DNA of 63,727 bases, filler included, from Reticulomyxa filosa (Eukaryota; Protista; Foraminifera), in the NCBI GenBank assembly GCA_000512085.1. It is 24 parts of 24 records of this genome, joined end to end, with 100 filler letters (N's around TTAATTAATTAA, not from the genome) between each part and the next. Parts side by side here need not be neighbours in the genome. Positions count along the whole stretch, not along the records: positions 11,427 to 19,047 come from ASPP01010536.1; positions 19,148 to 22,175 come from ASPP01008453.1; positions 22,276 to 23,454 come from ASPP01029249.1; 21 more parts are not named here. One strand, written 5' to 3'. Shown here one piece after another: positions 11,600 to 23,554 of this stretch. The position numbers and the translations under genes are program-made. The notes below the pieces were generated by a model. The model ran no database searches. It was not told the origin of the DNA and saw nothing but the letters and a program-made list of their open reading frames with translations. Numbering within the stretch: position 1 is the stretch's first letter; each line of letters begins with the position of its first letter.

Positions 11600-11881
11600 A
11601 TGCTGCTGGATTCAATGCTGGAGAAGAGCGAATGGGAACTCGTATCGATTGGAGATGCCGAACACGAAGCGACCGCTGCTTTGCAGGTTGGATGTACGGT
11701 CAATTCGCATCCTCACTTATACCACAGTGTCACAACCAAAGTGGTGAAGATGCCACGTCTTGCCTGTGTCACGGCGATGACGGAACAGTTACGCTTACTT
11801 CAGGGCTCGTTGTCGAAATTGTTGGCTTGTGAGTATTCCATTTTTGTCGACAGCTTTGAAGCTCTGTTGGGTGAGGAATAA
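11600..11881 (+). CDS. Probable terminal exon of an unknown protein
   Basis: Higher-GC open frame ending ...FEALLGEE-stop and followed by a T-rich 3' region; no recognisable motif. Confidence 0.4.
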   Translation: MLLDSMLEKSEWELVSIGDAEHEATAALQVGCTVNSHPHLYHSVTTKVVKMPRLACVTAMTEQLRLLQGSLSKLLACEYSIFVDSFEALLGEE

Positions 11882-12983
11882 CTTGCCATCTTTTTATTTT
11901 TATTTTTATTTTGTGCATTGTCACCATTTTTTTTGTTTTTTTTTTTGTTTTCTTTCGTTTCTTTCTTTTTTTTTTTTTTTGTTCCCCTTCGCTTATAAAA
12001 ATACGACTGGCAAAAAGATCCAAAAAATCTCTTTTTTTTTTACAAAATCAAATTTTGGTAAATTATTGAGCGGACTTGCCATTTGAAACAGCAAATGCAA
12101 ATTTGGAAAAAAAAAAAACAAACAATTTGTTAAATAGAAAAGGTGAACTTTCAATCAAGTGCAGGGAGTGCCTGTTTTTTTTTGTTGTTTTGTTCTTGAA
12201 AGAGTATGGCATGTTGCAGCATGTAACTTTTTTGGTTGCGCTTGTCTTTTTGTTTTTGCAATGTTTTCCTTTCCTACTTTACTTCAAAAAAAAAAAAAGA
12301 GGGGGAAGGAAAATCTTTGGTTGTCATTTTTTTTCAATGTTCCTAACTTTTCCACCCTGTCTCGTTTAAATTTTTGAGTAGAGATACGTTTTTTTTTTTT
12401 AGGTGTTTGGTTGAATTTTGAGTTTTTTTCTTGATTGATCTGGCCTCTTTTGTTTTGCCTTTTTTTCTATCCTGGCCCAAATTCTCAACAACTGATAAAC
12501 CTAGATATTTGGGCAAACCTTTTTTTTTCTATTTGAGAAGGAAGAACAAGTGCAATACAGGGGTTTGTTTTTAAAATGTGGGATTTTGTTTTCTTTTATT
12601 ATTGAGCGTGAGACTATTTTTGGTAAGGGCGTATTGTGAGTTGGGGTTCTTTCTTCGTCAATTATCAATTTTTTAATTCTCTTTTAATCTCTTTTTCAAT
12701 CTAAACACGCTCAAAGCACATTCTACAAAGTTCAAGTTTTTTCTTTTCAGAAAGCAAATGATATTAAAAATTCAAATTTTCATTTCTCCTTATTTGATTT
12801 TAACTTCAATTTAAAATACATGCCAGCACTTTTTTTTTTCAAAATAAATATTATTACATAAACAGACGCTAATTTTGGGAGTCTGTGACAATTTTAACAA
12901 AATGGCAATTTATTTTTTGGATTGAAGAAGACGCCGGAAAAGAAAACAGGTGGGATTTTTTAAAAAAACCACGTTATGGAATT

Positions 12984-13925
12984 ATGTCTTCAATCTCAAC
13001 ATTCAAAAAAGGTGAGACAGTAGCATGCCGTTATAGAGACTGGTGGTTTAAAGCTAAGATCTTGAAAATATCCAGTGAAGGTTATCATGTTCATTACATG
13101 GGATGGGACAGGGATTGGGACGAACCCGTCAAACGTGAAGCACTTCGAAAATATGACGCCAAGTTAGTGAGCAAAAGTCAACAATCCTATCATGAGTTCG
13201 TACGCAAATTAGATCAAAGTCAAAATGACCAAAACCAAAGTGATCAAACTCAAAATGAGAATGAACCCGAAAAAAATAATACAGAATTAGAGAGACCAAT
13301 TGATTGGATAGAAATTAAACACGAAAAACTATTACGTATTCGGCTAACGTCACGGATGATGGGATATAATATTTTACAAACAATCAAAATTGGTGGTTGT
13401 CCACTTAGTCAGATAACAAATAGTAATGATGCTAACTCATCGCAGCAAGTGGATGGGATAACCTGGCAATCGCTCCCAAAACGAACTGAAGACGATAATA
13501 ATATAAAGTGTATATTTCGAAACACATTGAAAGATATAATTAAGGTAGAAGAAAACAAGGAACAGGATGAAACAGTCATTGCTTGTAAGAAGGCTTTTTA
13601 CATATTTCGATTATTCTTCAACAAGTTGGCTTTGGGATACTTGATGTTTGAGGATGAGTGGGAACAAATTGCAGCAGTTGCGAAGACCAAAAACATCATG
13701 ATTTCTGAGACGGCAAAACCTGACAGATATTTGGGAGCAGAGCATTTAATCCGGTTTTTTGCAAGATTTGAGGAGTTAATGGTGGCCTTGAAACCATGGA
13801 GTCCAAACCTGAAAGAGATTGGTATTTTAAACCAAAGCTCAAGTCTCGTTATTCGACATCTCCAACAAAATTGGAGCAAATATTTTGAAGAGCTTGGCTC
13901 CGTGGAAGACATAATAAAAGATTAA
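12984..13925 (+). CDS. MRG15/Eaf3-like protein (Tudor-knot/chromo-barrel + MRG domain)
   Basis: FKKGETVAC...KAKILKI...YHVHYMGWDRDWDE and C-terminal YLGAEHLIRFF; intron-less; ATG at 12984. Confidence 0.88.
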   Translation: MSSISTFKKGETVACRYRDWWFKAKILKISSEGYHVHYMGWDRDWDEPVKREALRKYDAKLVSKSQQSYHEFVRKLDQSQNDQNQSDQTQNENEPEKNNTELERPIDWIEIKHEKLLRIRLTSRMMGYNILQTIKIGGCPLSQITNSNDANSSQQVDGITWQSLPKRTEDDNNIKCIFRNTLKDIIKVEENKEQDETVIACKKAFYIFRLFFNKLALGYLMFEDEWEQIAAVAKTKNIMISETAKPDRYLGAEHLIRFFARFEELMVALKPWSPNLKEIGILNQSSSLVIRHLQQNWSKYFEELGSVEDIIKD

Positions 13926-15294
13926 ACATTGCAAGCATTTAACATTTATTCTAGGCAAAGTCAAAAAATTTCCGATTGCAGAAAATTCTCTTTTTTCATT
14001 TTCTCAGTTAAATAAAAAGTTATCGAAATAGGGCCCAGTCAAAATATCACTTATTTTTTTGTCCCTTTTGATGTGTTCTCAGTTTACTCCATTTTGAAAT
14101 TTGTTTCAGTTGGAAGAGTTATCAACATAACATCAACTAAAACAAAATGTTAAAATTCACATAACACATGAATTTTCAAACTTTTTGAATGTATTACCAG
14201 AAATAATCGTATATTTCTTTTTATTAATTCTTTGAGATACAATTACATCTTTTGCCGTTTTTATGAGCTAGCCGATAATTATCACAGTGTTCTCTTTCGC
14301 TAAGAAAAGCCGTGGCCTGGGATATTTCAATAGGAGGCAACTATAAGAATTGAAACAAAAAAACACAAATAAGTGTGTCTTTCTAAATATTTGGGTTATC
14401 ACTCACATCCTATGTCACTTTGGTTGAGATCAGCGGCAACGTCTCAGTCATGTGACACCTCCCATTTTGCTTGTATTGGCTTGGTTTTGCTTTCCTTTCA
14501 AATACGGGACTTAAAAGGCATACACACAAAAAAAAAGGGCTCACTTCCTTGAGTGTAGTTTAGTTTGTTAGATTGAATGACGTTGCTATGACTTATCAGA
14601 AGTTACACTAAAGGAATTCCAATCACTAATTTTTTTTTGGGGGTATGAATTTCTTTGAAACAAAGAAATAAGCAAGCCAAAGAACAATACCGACAAAAGG
14701 GTCATTGTCTCATATTATACCTTCTCTTTTTGTCATCATCCAATATAAAATTGACAGAAAAAATTACAAGTTTCTTAACTTTTTTGGATCTCTTGTCTTT
14801 GCAGGATAATAAGACGGCGGTACTGTCACTTTTTTTGTCCAAATGATTCACGAAATTCTACAACACTTGTGGAATCCTTTTCTTTCTTCTCATTATGAAA
14901 TGATGAATAACATTTAAACCAGATACAAAAAAAAAGCAAAATTGAGATTAGGCAGGAAAAGGAATCTTTTGTCTTGTTTGAGTTCCAATTCCTTGGTCCC
15001 CAAAACTACAATGTGCTGTGATTTGAATAATCTGATTAAACATTTATTGCGCTTGAATATATAAATTTTACCTTTTTCCAGTATTGATGATGTGTGCGAG
15101 TTTTCCCATTGAATTGAAAAGTACAAAACAAGTGTATTTTAATATTGCTATAAATTTAATTTGCATAATTAAATTTACGAAACATTTCCAACTGTGTGAA
15201 AGCAATGGTAAAGAATGTCACAATTGACACTTGACCCTATAATCTACTCAAAATAGTTTGTGCATGTGCGTCCATCAAAAAAGAAACAAAAAAA

Positions 15295-16946
15295 TTACAT
15301 GTATGGTGCAAGCAGACTTCCTAAACGGATTGCATTTTGCCTTGAGTCTTCGAGCCCACGCCTCCCCCTTAAATATAACATAGCATCAGTGTAGGTTTCT
15401 GGAACAACCTGCCGTAAAGGACTTTTGGGAGCGATATAAGTGAATGAAAAGATATTAGTGAATTTTTGTTTGGAGTCTGAAAATTTGGTTGTGTTTTGAG
15501 TTTTGTCCTCTTGTTGAGTCCGTGGTTCCAAAATATGAGTTCTTACGACAATTTCCATGGCATGTCGTTTGCCGCTGCCACTGTCAGTGCAGCATACGTA
15601 TCCTTCATGCTGTATGACAGACCCTACGCTGACGGGATTTTCAAACGTGATCCCGTCCGAGCTGGCAAAGATTGGTCGATTGTGATATCCCGCAAAGCGA
15701 AATGCGCAAGCCCGACTCAACTCATAAGCTCCACGCATCAAATAGCCACCAAATATTTTACCTGCATACAAACAAAGACAAGCCAAATGTCATTAAAGTT
15801 TCAAAAAGATCAATTTATACATATAAATATATAAATACATATATATTTATATATTTATATACATATATGTGCATATGTATATAATACCATTACGATTCAA
15901 CTCTTGAGGTTGACAAATGGTTGTGTGCTCTACACGCGTGCTTTTCAAAGTGCAATACAAGTGCGGATCGACATTGACATTAATGGTCTTGTCAATGAAT
16001 TGCTTTTTCCATAGATCGTGAATGACTTGTGACTCTTCGTCAGTCGGTTTGGTAACTCGCAGTCGACTCAATTGTTGTTTTTTGCGCAGCTCACTCTCAA
16101 ACTCTCCTCTTGTGAATAGCTGCTTTTCTTCGTCGGTCTCCAGCTTCAAGCGGTTGATTTTCATTGGCTTGTTGTCGTTGTAAGGGTCAGTGCAAACCAT
16201 TACAAAGTTGGCCGTGCATATTTTCAGCGGCTCTTGTTTGTCGGCTATCGTGATCATCACCTGACACGAACTGTTGCCAATGTGTGTCACGCAGCCGCTC
16301 ATTGACAAGTTCCTTGTCATTGGAAATCGACGCATCAAATCTATGCGATCCACCGACGCCGTCACAAAGTTTGCTGGATAATTGTCCTCATTTTGCGCAT
16401 GGATTTGTGCTATGTTCCCCGCCACGCGTCCATGTCCTCCAAGATCTTTTCAAATCGCACGCCGCCGTCAAACCGTATATATTCGTTCCGCAGTGCTGCG
16501 TCTGTTGCAAAGTTATACGACAAGGCCAATGACGAGTACCACGGGGATTTGGCCACTAGTTCTCCTCGTTCTGTACTATTTTTTTTTTTTTTTTAATGGA
16601 CCGATCTCATTTTTGAAGAAAAAGTTAGGTCGTTTTTTTTACGCTTTTTTTTTTTTTTAAACAGAAGTGGAACACAATTTTTTTAAAAAAACTGACTAGG
16701 AAGATTTGCAGGGTCATTGTCTGATGCATTGCTAACCAAGTTGTTTCGGAGCGTCCACAAAAAGCTTGTCACACGCGTTCGCTCTTTGTAAATGGTACCG
16801 TAGTCAATAGGCGCGGGGTCCAACTCTGTGTCGGTGTCTGTGTCGGTCTGAAAACAACGCGCAGGGGGAAAACTTGGCCGATAGCACAACCTCGTTTTAA
16901 GTCGGAATGTTACTAGTTGAGTCCAGCCACGTCGTGTCATATACAT
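15295..16946 (-). CDS. Acyl-CoA thioesterase 9-like double hotdog-fold protein
   Basis: KILEDMDAVAGNIA, FVTASVDRIDL, QPQELNRNG|KIFGGYLMRGAYE and FENPVSVGS across spliced exons; Arg-rich transit-peptide-like N-terminus. Confidence 0.85.
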
Positions 16947-18127
16947 TGCACACAAACTAGGATTTTTTTGACAATTATGACAAGAGAAACGATGTGCTAA
17001 TATTTTTTTTTAAACGTCAACCATAACCTTGCTCTTAAAAAAGTGTTATGTCCTCTGCAGTTTTGAGTTACTGTGATTTTGGATTGTTAGTTATTATCTA
17101 AAGGCAATGATGAAAATATTTTTCTTGGAATATGCAGTGATTTGCTTTGAAAAAATAGTAATTTAAAACTGTTTCAAAGAACAAAACAAGAAATATCCGA
17201 ATATTTCAATTTATTGGAAAGAAGCATAAACAGACAAAGCATTTTTGTTATACTGCGCTGATAAAAAAATTTTTTAAAAAGAATTTTTTCTTTAATAATT
17301 TAGGTTGTATTATTAGAAGAAAAAATAAAATATTTGAATTAAGTATAAGAAGAACACAAGCACCAACAATGGAACGACAAATGATAGAAAACACAACAAG
17401 ACGCAGGCTAATAGAATGCATTATAAGTGACGTGCAACAAAAAAATATAAAACAATATTGAAAGCCAAGATGAAGAGTAGATACTTGCATTTGTACTTTT
17501 TTTTACTAGAAATTTTTTTAAAAAAAATTTCGCATAAATCAAAAAGGAAATATATGCACCAAAAAAATCAACACTTTAAAAAATTTTAAATTTCATGGGA
17601 CAATTCTGATATATATTATTTTAATTGTCAATTTTTAAAGTATTTTCAGAAATATTGCTTGGTATAATTTTGTATATTTATTTTAAAGATAAGACAATTT
17701 TATAATAAACTAATGTAGGAATAGTGTAATATGAAAGTATTGTAAATAATAAAGAGTAATAAACACAATAACAAGAAAACAACACATAACAAAAAGAAGT
17801 GAATGTTGGTTGTCAGAAAATAGTTACTAGCTCTGAATGGAACTAGGTAAATAATTTTAATAAAAAAAATACAAATGATTAACTATAGAATAAGTAAAAA
17901 CAATCGAATAACAACGTTAAAAGTTCGTGAGCAGCTTCAATCTATTGGAGCAATTTTGCAAATGATTTGTTTTTCGTCAAAAAGACAATTGTGTGAATAT
18001 TTAAAGAGACTACTTAAATCTTTCAACTTTATTAAACAACACTATAAATATAAAATGTTATTATTAAGTAATGGAACAGTTTTTACTGTTGTGAAAAAAA
18101 AAATTGGGAGTTATTGGCTAGAATTAA

Positions 18128-19002
18128 ATGTCTGCAGAAGATGAAGATTCGGCGGCACTTGCCCGGGTAGAAAACAGCGCAGAATCAAATGAAGAAAATA
18201 TTCGTGTAATTTGTCGTTTTCGGCCCGTGAACAATAAAGAAAAGCACGAAGAAAAGCAGCAGCAGTTGGAGGAGCTGCCAATCACGACGAACCCTCCACA
18301 TTATAATCATATAACGGTGCCACGCAATGACAACAAGCCCCCACTGGATTTTGATTTGGACAGAGTGTTGTGGACGGATTGTTCACAATCAGACGCATTC
18401 GAAGAATTGGCAAAGCCATTGGTAGAGCAAGTGATACAAGGATACAATTGTACACTGTTTGCATTCGGACAAACGGGGAGTGGCAAGACATTTACAATGT
18501 TCGGACCTGACAATTACCGAGGTCCGCCAAAAGGAAAAAAAAAAAAAGGGGGGAAGGGGGGGGGGGGGAATAACAAATGCACTAAATAATTAGTAGCGAC
18601 TCAAATCAGAAATGAAACACTCTACATCACAACACTCATAAAAAGGAGCGGCAGTGGAGTCGTTGGGAGTAATCCCGCGAAGCGTATACTTTTTGTTTGA
18701 AAAGCTGAGAAAATGCAACGACGCACTAAAGTTCTCGGTAACAATAAGTGTGGTGGAAGTGTACAAAGAGATGCTGCGCGACCTCTTGGACTTGGAAAAC
18801 ACGAACAAGCGATTGGAAGTATACACCAGCATGGGCGAAGTGACCGTAAAAAATCTAGTCGACAAGCAGTGCGCTGATGTCGACGAAGTGTTGTCGTGGC
18901 TCGTCCAAGCTCAAGACAATCGAAGAGTCACTAAAACCCAATTTATTGGACATCATAGCAGTAGGAGTCATTGTGTGGTCATGATCAGCGTCACACAAAG
19001 AG

Positions 19003-19005
<3 letters not shown>
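18128..19005 (+). CDS. Kinesin motor protein (N-terminal motor domain, 3' partial)
   Basis: IRVICRFRP, GYNCTLFAFGQTGSGKTFTM, GVIPRS and HSSRSH. Confidence 0.95.
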
Positions 19006-19038
<33 letters not shown>

Positions 19039-19189
19039 GTATATATGNNNNNNNNNNNNNNNNNNNNNNNNNNNNNNNNNNNNNNNNNNNNTTAATTAAT
19101 TAANNNNNNNNNNNNNNNNNNNNNNNNNNNNNNNNNNNNNNNNNNNNTATATGTACATATATATGCATATACATATATATATATATATA

Positions 19190-20235
19190 TAAACTGGTTG
19201 AGGATTTTGTATTTCTAATTGAAATAAAGTGTCGTTAAGATTTTGATTTGGAAATAAAGTTTGCGAGAGAAAGTGTTGAATGTCGGGATTGACAGCTCTG
19301 GACGTGTTCCAAATGCGAACATTGGAAGGATGAGATTGTTTGAAAAAATTGACAAGTTTGGACAGAGGGGCTTGCAATTGAGATTGTATCATGGAATACA
19401 AGTCCAGGAAGACAAGGATAAGTTGCTTGTCAAACTGAACAAGTTTGCTTTCGGAATGCGAATTGTCCAAAGATTCGATCCACTCGATAAGACACTGTGG
19501 AGTGGATACCACCACGAAAGGGTTCGAAATTTCCTGCAAATTCGGTTTGGACAACAGCAAGTGAGTGGACAAATGTGACACATTCAACGATTCAAAATAC
19601 GTCATCCATGTTTTGGCAATCTGATGATTGGCACATAGCACGATGACTTTGGTGGTGTGCAATGATGATGATAATGATGATGGGGATGGATTTTGTTGAA
19701 TCGATACAAATAATTGATAAAACAATAGCAATAAACAAGTTACATAGATTTGTATAGACAGACTTGTATGGGCCAACAGAAAACCATTAGTAAATATGTC
19801 ATATGCACAAAGCACTGGGTAACAACATTTCAATGTCACTTGCTCGATTTTTAACTCGTTTTCAATCCCAAAGTCCAAACTATGGATAGCGATATTAACT
19901 TGTTCAATTGTTCTTCAATCATACTTTTAATACTGTCATTCGCATATGTCAATTTCAAAAACACTTGCGCTTTCAAATCTTTATAAGTCTGCATATGTCG
20001 CTGTCCGTAATGTCTCAATTCCTCATGCTTTCTCTGCAATTGCAATTCCATTTGCTTGCATTTCGATTCTAATCTCTCCATTTCTATTCGCTGCTTTTCA
20101 TATTCCATCACGTCTCGCTTGTGCTTTTGTTTATATATCTCCGATATTTTTGCTGCCCTTTCTTTCAGTCCATTGTTGATTTCTTCTTCCACTTGCTTTG
20201 CCTTCAACAATAAATAATGATTAATATGGTTCATA
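19190..20235 (-). CDS. Coiled-coil region followed by a degenerate DEAD-box-like RecA domain
   Basis: Order of segments (VIVLCANHQIA, VVVSTPQCL, LVFLDLYSM, IWNTSRAV) parallels DEAD-box motifs Ia, Ic, II and III, but catalytic residues are absent; the two ORFs are in different frames. Confidence 0.4.
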
Positions 20236-20944
20236 TTAGAAAATTGAGAAAAACAAAGTGCGAGCAAGACGTTGCTCACAGTTGCTTAGAAACAGTAGAC
20301 AATATCCCTTTTAGGGCAAGGCACTACTGATAATAATAAACTTCCAAGGGGACTATTGAAACATAACCTGGACATAGCAATTTATTTTCATCTAAACGAT
20401 AATTTTGTAAGTAAAGAAAAACAACACTGTTTGTTTTAACGTTCTAGATTAGTTTGGACGCTTCAATTCAATTTTTTATTTTTAATGTTTGAAATTAGTA
20501 GTCATTTTTGGTAGATTTGACATGACACAATCATTCTCTTTTCAATGTGAAAACACTATTCAACAACCAGGTTTTTTTAATGGTGTTTCGGAAAAAAAGA
20601 AAAAATTGAAAAAGAAATTTTTTGTCTAGGCGGCGCGCCGTCTAGATTAAACAATTATTGTTAATAGTTTTTTATTATTTTTAGCTTTTTAAGTATAAAA
20701 AAAGTAAACTTTTTACATATAATTACTCCACTTTAATTGCTACTATGATTAATGTGCAATTACTGAAACCAATACAACTTCTTGGCAATATTTGCAAGCT
20801 TTGATATTGTTTGACTGTTGGTTTATGAAATACCTGTTCCTTATGACTTGATTTTTAATTTTGTTTTGTGGTAATAAGGTTATACTTACTGTAAAGAGTT
20901 TTATCATCTAAATTTTTACCATCACTGTGAAATGCATTTTGAAA

Positions 20945-21060
20945 TACTTGAAGATTGTCTATTTTTTTCAAAAAAAAAAAATTTAAAAAAATGTTGATTT
21001 TTGACTTAGAAAATTTATCATCTGCGTAAGGATCATTTTGCCGTGTCAGTACTTTTGTCA
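20945..21060. repeat. Dispersed non-coding repeat, similar to 45602-45720 and partly 44378-44428
   Basis: Shared TACTT(G/A)AAGATT...AAAAATGTTGA(T/C)TTTTGACTTAGAAAATT(T/G)ATCAT on different contigs. Confidence 0.6.
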
Positions 21061-21512
21061 CTACATGTAGTTTTGTAAGTATTTTCTCTTGAATTATTTT
21101 TATCTTTTGAGCAAAGAGTTTTTTTATGGCAATAAACCTCGTTTGTGCAATCCCAGAGAACATACTAAGCGAATTCTACATTACTTTAGCCTTTGGTCAT
21201 CAAAAATCACTGCAAAAAATATTTGCTATTTTCTGTAATGTTGCATAAGTACGACTAACGTTTGTTTTTGAACACAAGATCTAACTCTTAAATATTTTCT
21301 TTTTGACTATTTTAGTTACAAATTACATATATGTTCAAAGAAATTCTTGATCAAAATTTCAATATTTAAAAGATTTGAGTTTTTTGTTTGACTTTTTTGC
21401 TATTTGTACAAAAGCCATTGCTTTGCAAACAATAAAAAAAAAAACTGCTTCTAACACCGAAAACAAAAGGGTCGAAATGAGTGAATCTTTCGAGTAATTT
21501 AATTGTTGGACA

Positions 21513-22140
21513 ATGGCTTCAAGCGAGGCTTCAACTGTGTTATGGATTTCCAATCTGTCAGATACAGTTCGTCCGGATGATATAATCAGTTCAGTCAGTG
21601 TTTATGATTGTCTGTTGCGACTGTATGAAATGAAAAACGACGCTGCTGACAACAAATGGGATAAAAAGATCTGTTCGAAAAATATGGTCCAGTTCATGAA
21701 GTGCAAATCAAAGGACCATTTTGCAAAGTGGAATTTGAAAACAGGGGAGACGCAAAAAAAGCAAGACATGGATTGGACACAGTTGACTTCCATGGCCGTC
21801 GCTTAAGCGTGGATTGGTTCCGCGGAGAGAACAACGAGCCATTGTTGCAGGGGACAAATTGGTGGGGCGGATATCCAGGGAAGCCGAGATTTCGTCACCG
21901 CGTGTACATCCTGAATCTGCCTTGCGACACGGAACACAGCAAATTGTTGAGTCTGGCCTGGGAAGCAGGAAATAGCGTCGTGTTTCTGGATGTCATGCCT
22001 TGTCCGTTCGACGACCAAAGCTATGTCGGGATTATCGAATATGCGCACGAAGTGGACTACAAATACGCGCTTAATTATTTGGACGGCATGAGTTATGACA
22101 GACAAAAACTTCGATGGATTTCCGAAGAGCAGTTTAAAAA
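21513..22140 (+). CDS. SR-family splicing factor-like protein with two RRMs (3' partial)
   Basis: LWISNLS...|DLFEKYG..KGPFCKVEFENRGDAKKARHGLD...GRRLSVDW, then HRVYILNLP...GIIEY...ALNYLDG. Confidence 0.8.
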
Positions 22141-22275
22141 AAAAATTTTTTTGATTGTGCGAAATTTTTTTTTTTNNNNNNNNNNNNNNNNNNNNNNNNN
22201 NNNNNNNNNNNNNNNNNNNTTAATTAATTAANNNNNNNNNNNNNNNNNNNNNNNNNNNNNNNNNNNNNNNNNNNN

Positions 22276-23400
22276 TCATGTATAATTTGTATGTATTCAT
22301 ATTCAGTTAGTAGTAACTTTTTAGCATATTCATTTTCATTTATAATTTTGTACAACATCTTTTCCATACTTGCTTTTAGGGGTGGTATCCCTATCAGCAA
22401 TCTCATTGCAGCGTATCTTGTTGTTATATATGTTCACATTATTTTTGTTAAAATTTTATGTTGGAGTATCAATCTTCTTCATCCAGGTATTATTCAGTTT
22501 GTATATTTGTGTTCCGTACTCCATTATCTGCATTATAACCTGTTTATAGTATTAAATCTGTATTTCAACTGGAAACTTTCATCATATAATACCTTGTAAC
22601 TTGTTGGCTTTGTTTATTGCCACTTCACACTGTTTATTCCATTGAAAGTTTTTCAGATCAAATATTATTTCTGTGTATTTGAATTCTTTCGTTTCCACGG
22701 GTAGTAATCGGTGTTCTAGCTTTATTTCCTTTTTTTGATTTATTAATGTTAATGTGCTATTTTTTAAATTTATTTTCAATTTTCATTTGTTGCAATAGTC
22801 TTGTAGTATATTTAATATGTCATTTAGTTTTTAGTTTTGTGCCCATATTACCAAGTTATCCACATATGATATGCATTTTGATTGTTATTCATTGTATATT
22901 TTTTTATCAGATATTGTTTCCTTTATTATTGTGATCAAGTCATTTATATATACTAAAAAGGATGCAACTTGTTCGTATATTCTTGTCTATTTCATCTTTC
23001 TACATTTATAATTTTTACCTATGTATCATTGATTTCAGGTATGCTTTGCCCTTTATTCAGTATCGTATCAATAATTGTATTATGTTATTTGGTTTTTCAT
23101 TTTTACTACTAATCCATCACGCCACACCAAATCAAATGCATTTTGGAGGTCTATTTCCAATATTATTTGGGGGGTTTCCGTCAGTTTATCATGGACGTTA
23201 TTATTCTGAACACTATGAGTTGGTGTGATGTTTTTCTTTGTCTTCGAAATCTTCATTGTTTTCATGTAGAGCATGTTTTATGATATGTGTTATTCTGTTT
23301 AATATCACTATTTATTAGGTACTTTGGTTGAATCATCACAATTCGTTGACTGTCCTCCTTGACAACTTCTTAGTCATTATGTATTTTCTTTAAATTTCCA
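22276..23400 (-). mobile_element. Decayed non-LTR (LINE) retrotransposon reverse transcriptase
   Basis: IDLQNAFDLVWRDGLVVKM (RT D..KAFD.V motif), FKYTEIIFDLKNFQWNKQC...KANK (KYLG..D.KL.W-like) and LLIGIPPL, fragmented by stops and frameshifts. Confidence 0.75.
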
Positions 23401-23554
23401 CATATGATTTGCCAGATTGTGTTTCAAAGGTACAAACATTGGAACCTCCTTTCANNNNNNNNNNNNNNNNNNNNNNNNNNNNNNNNNNNNNNNNNNNNTT
23501 AATTAATTAANNNNNNNNNNNNNNNNNNNNNNNNNNNNNNNNNNNNNNNNNNNN

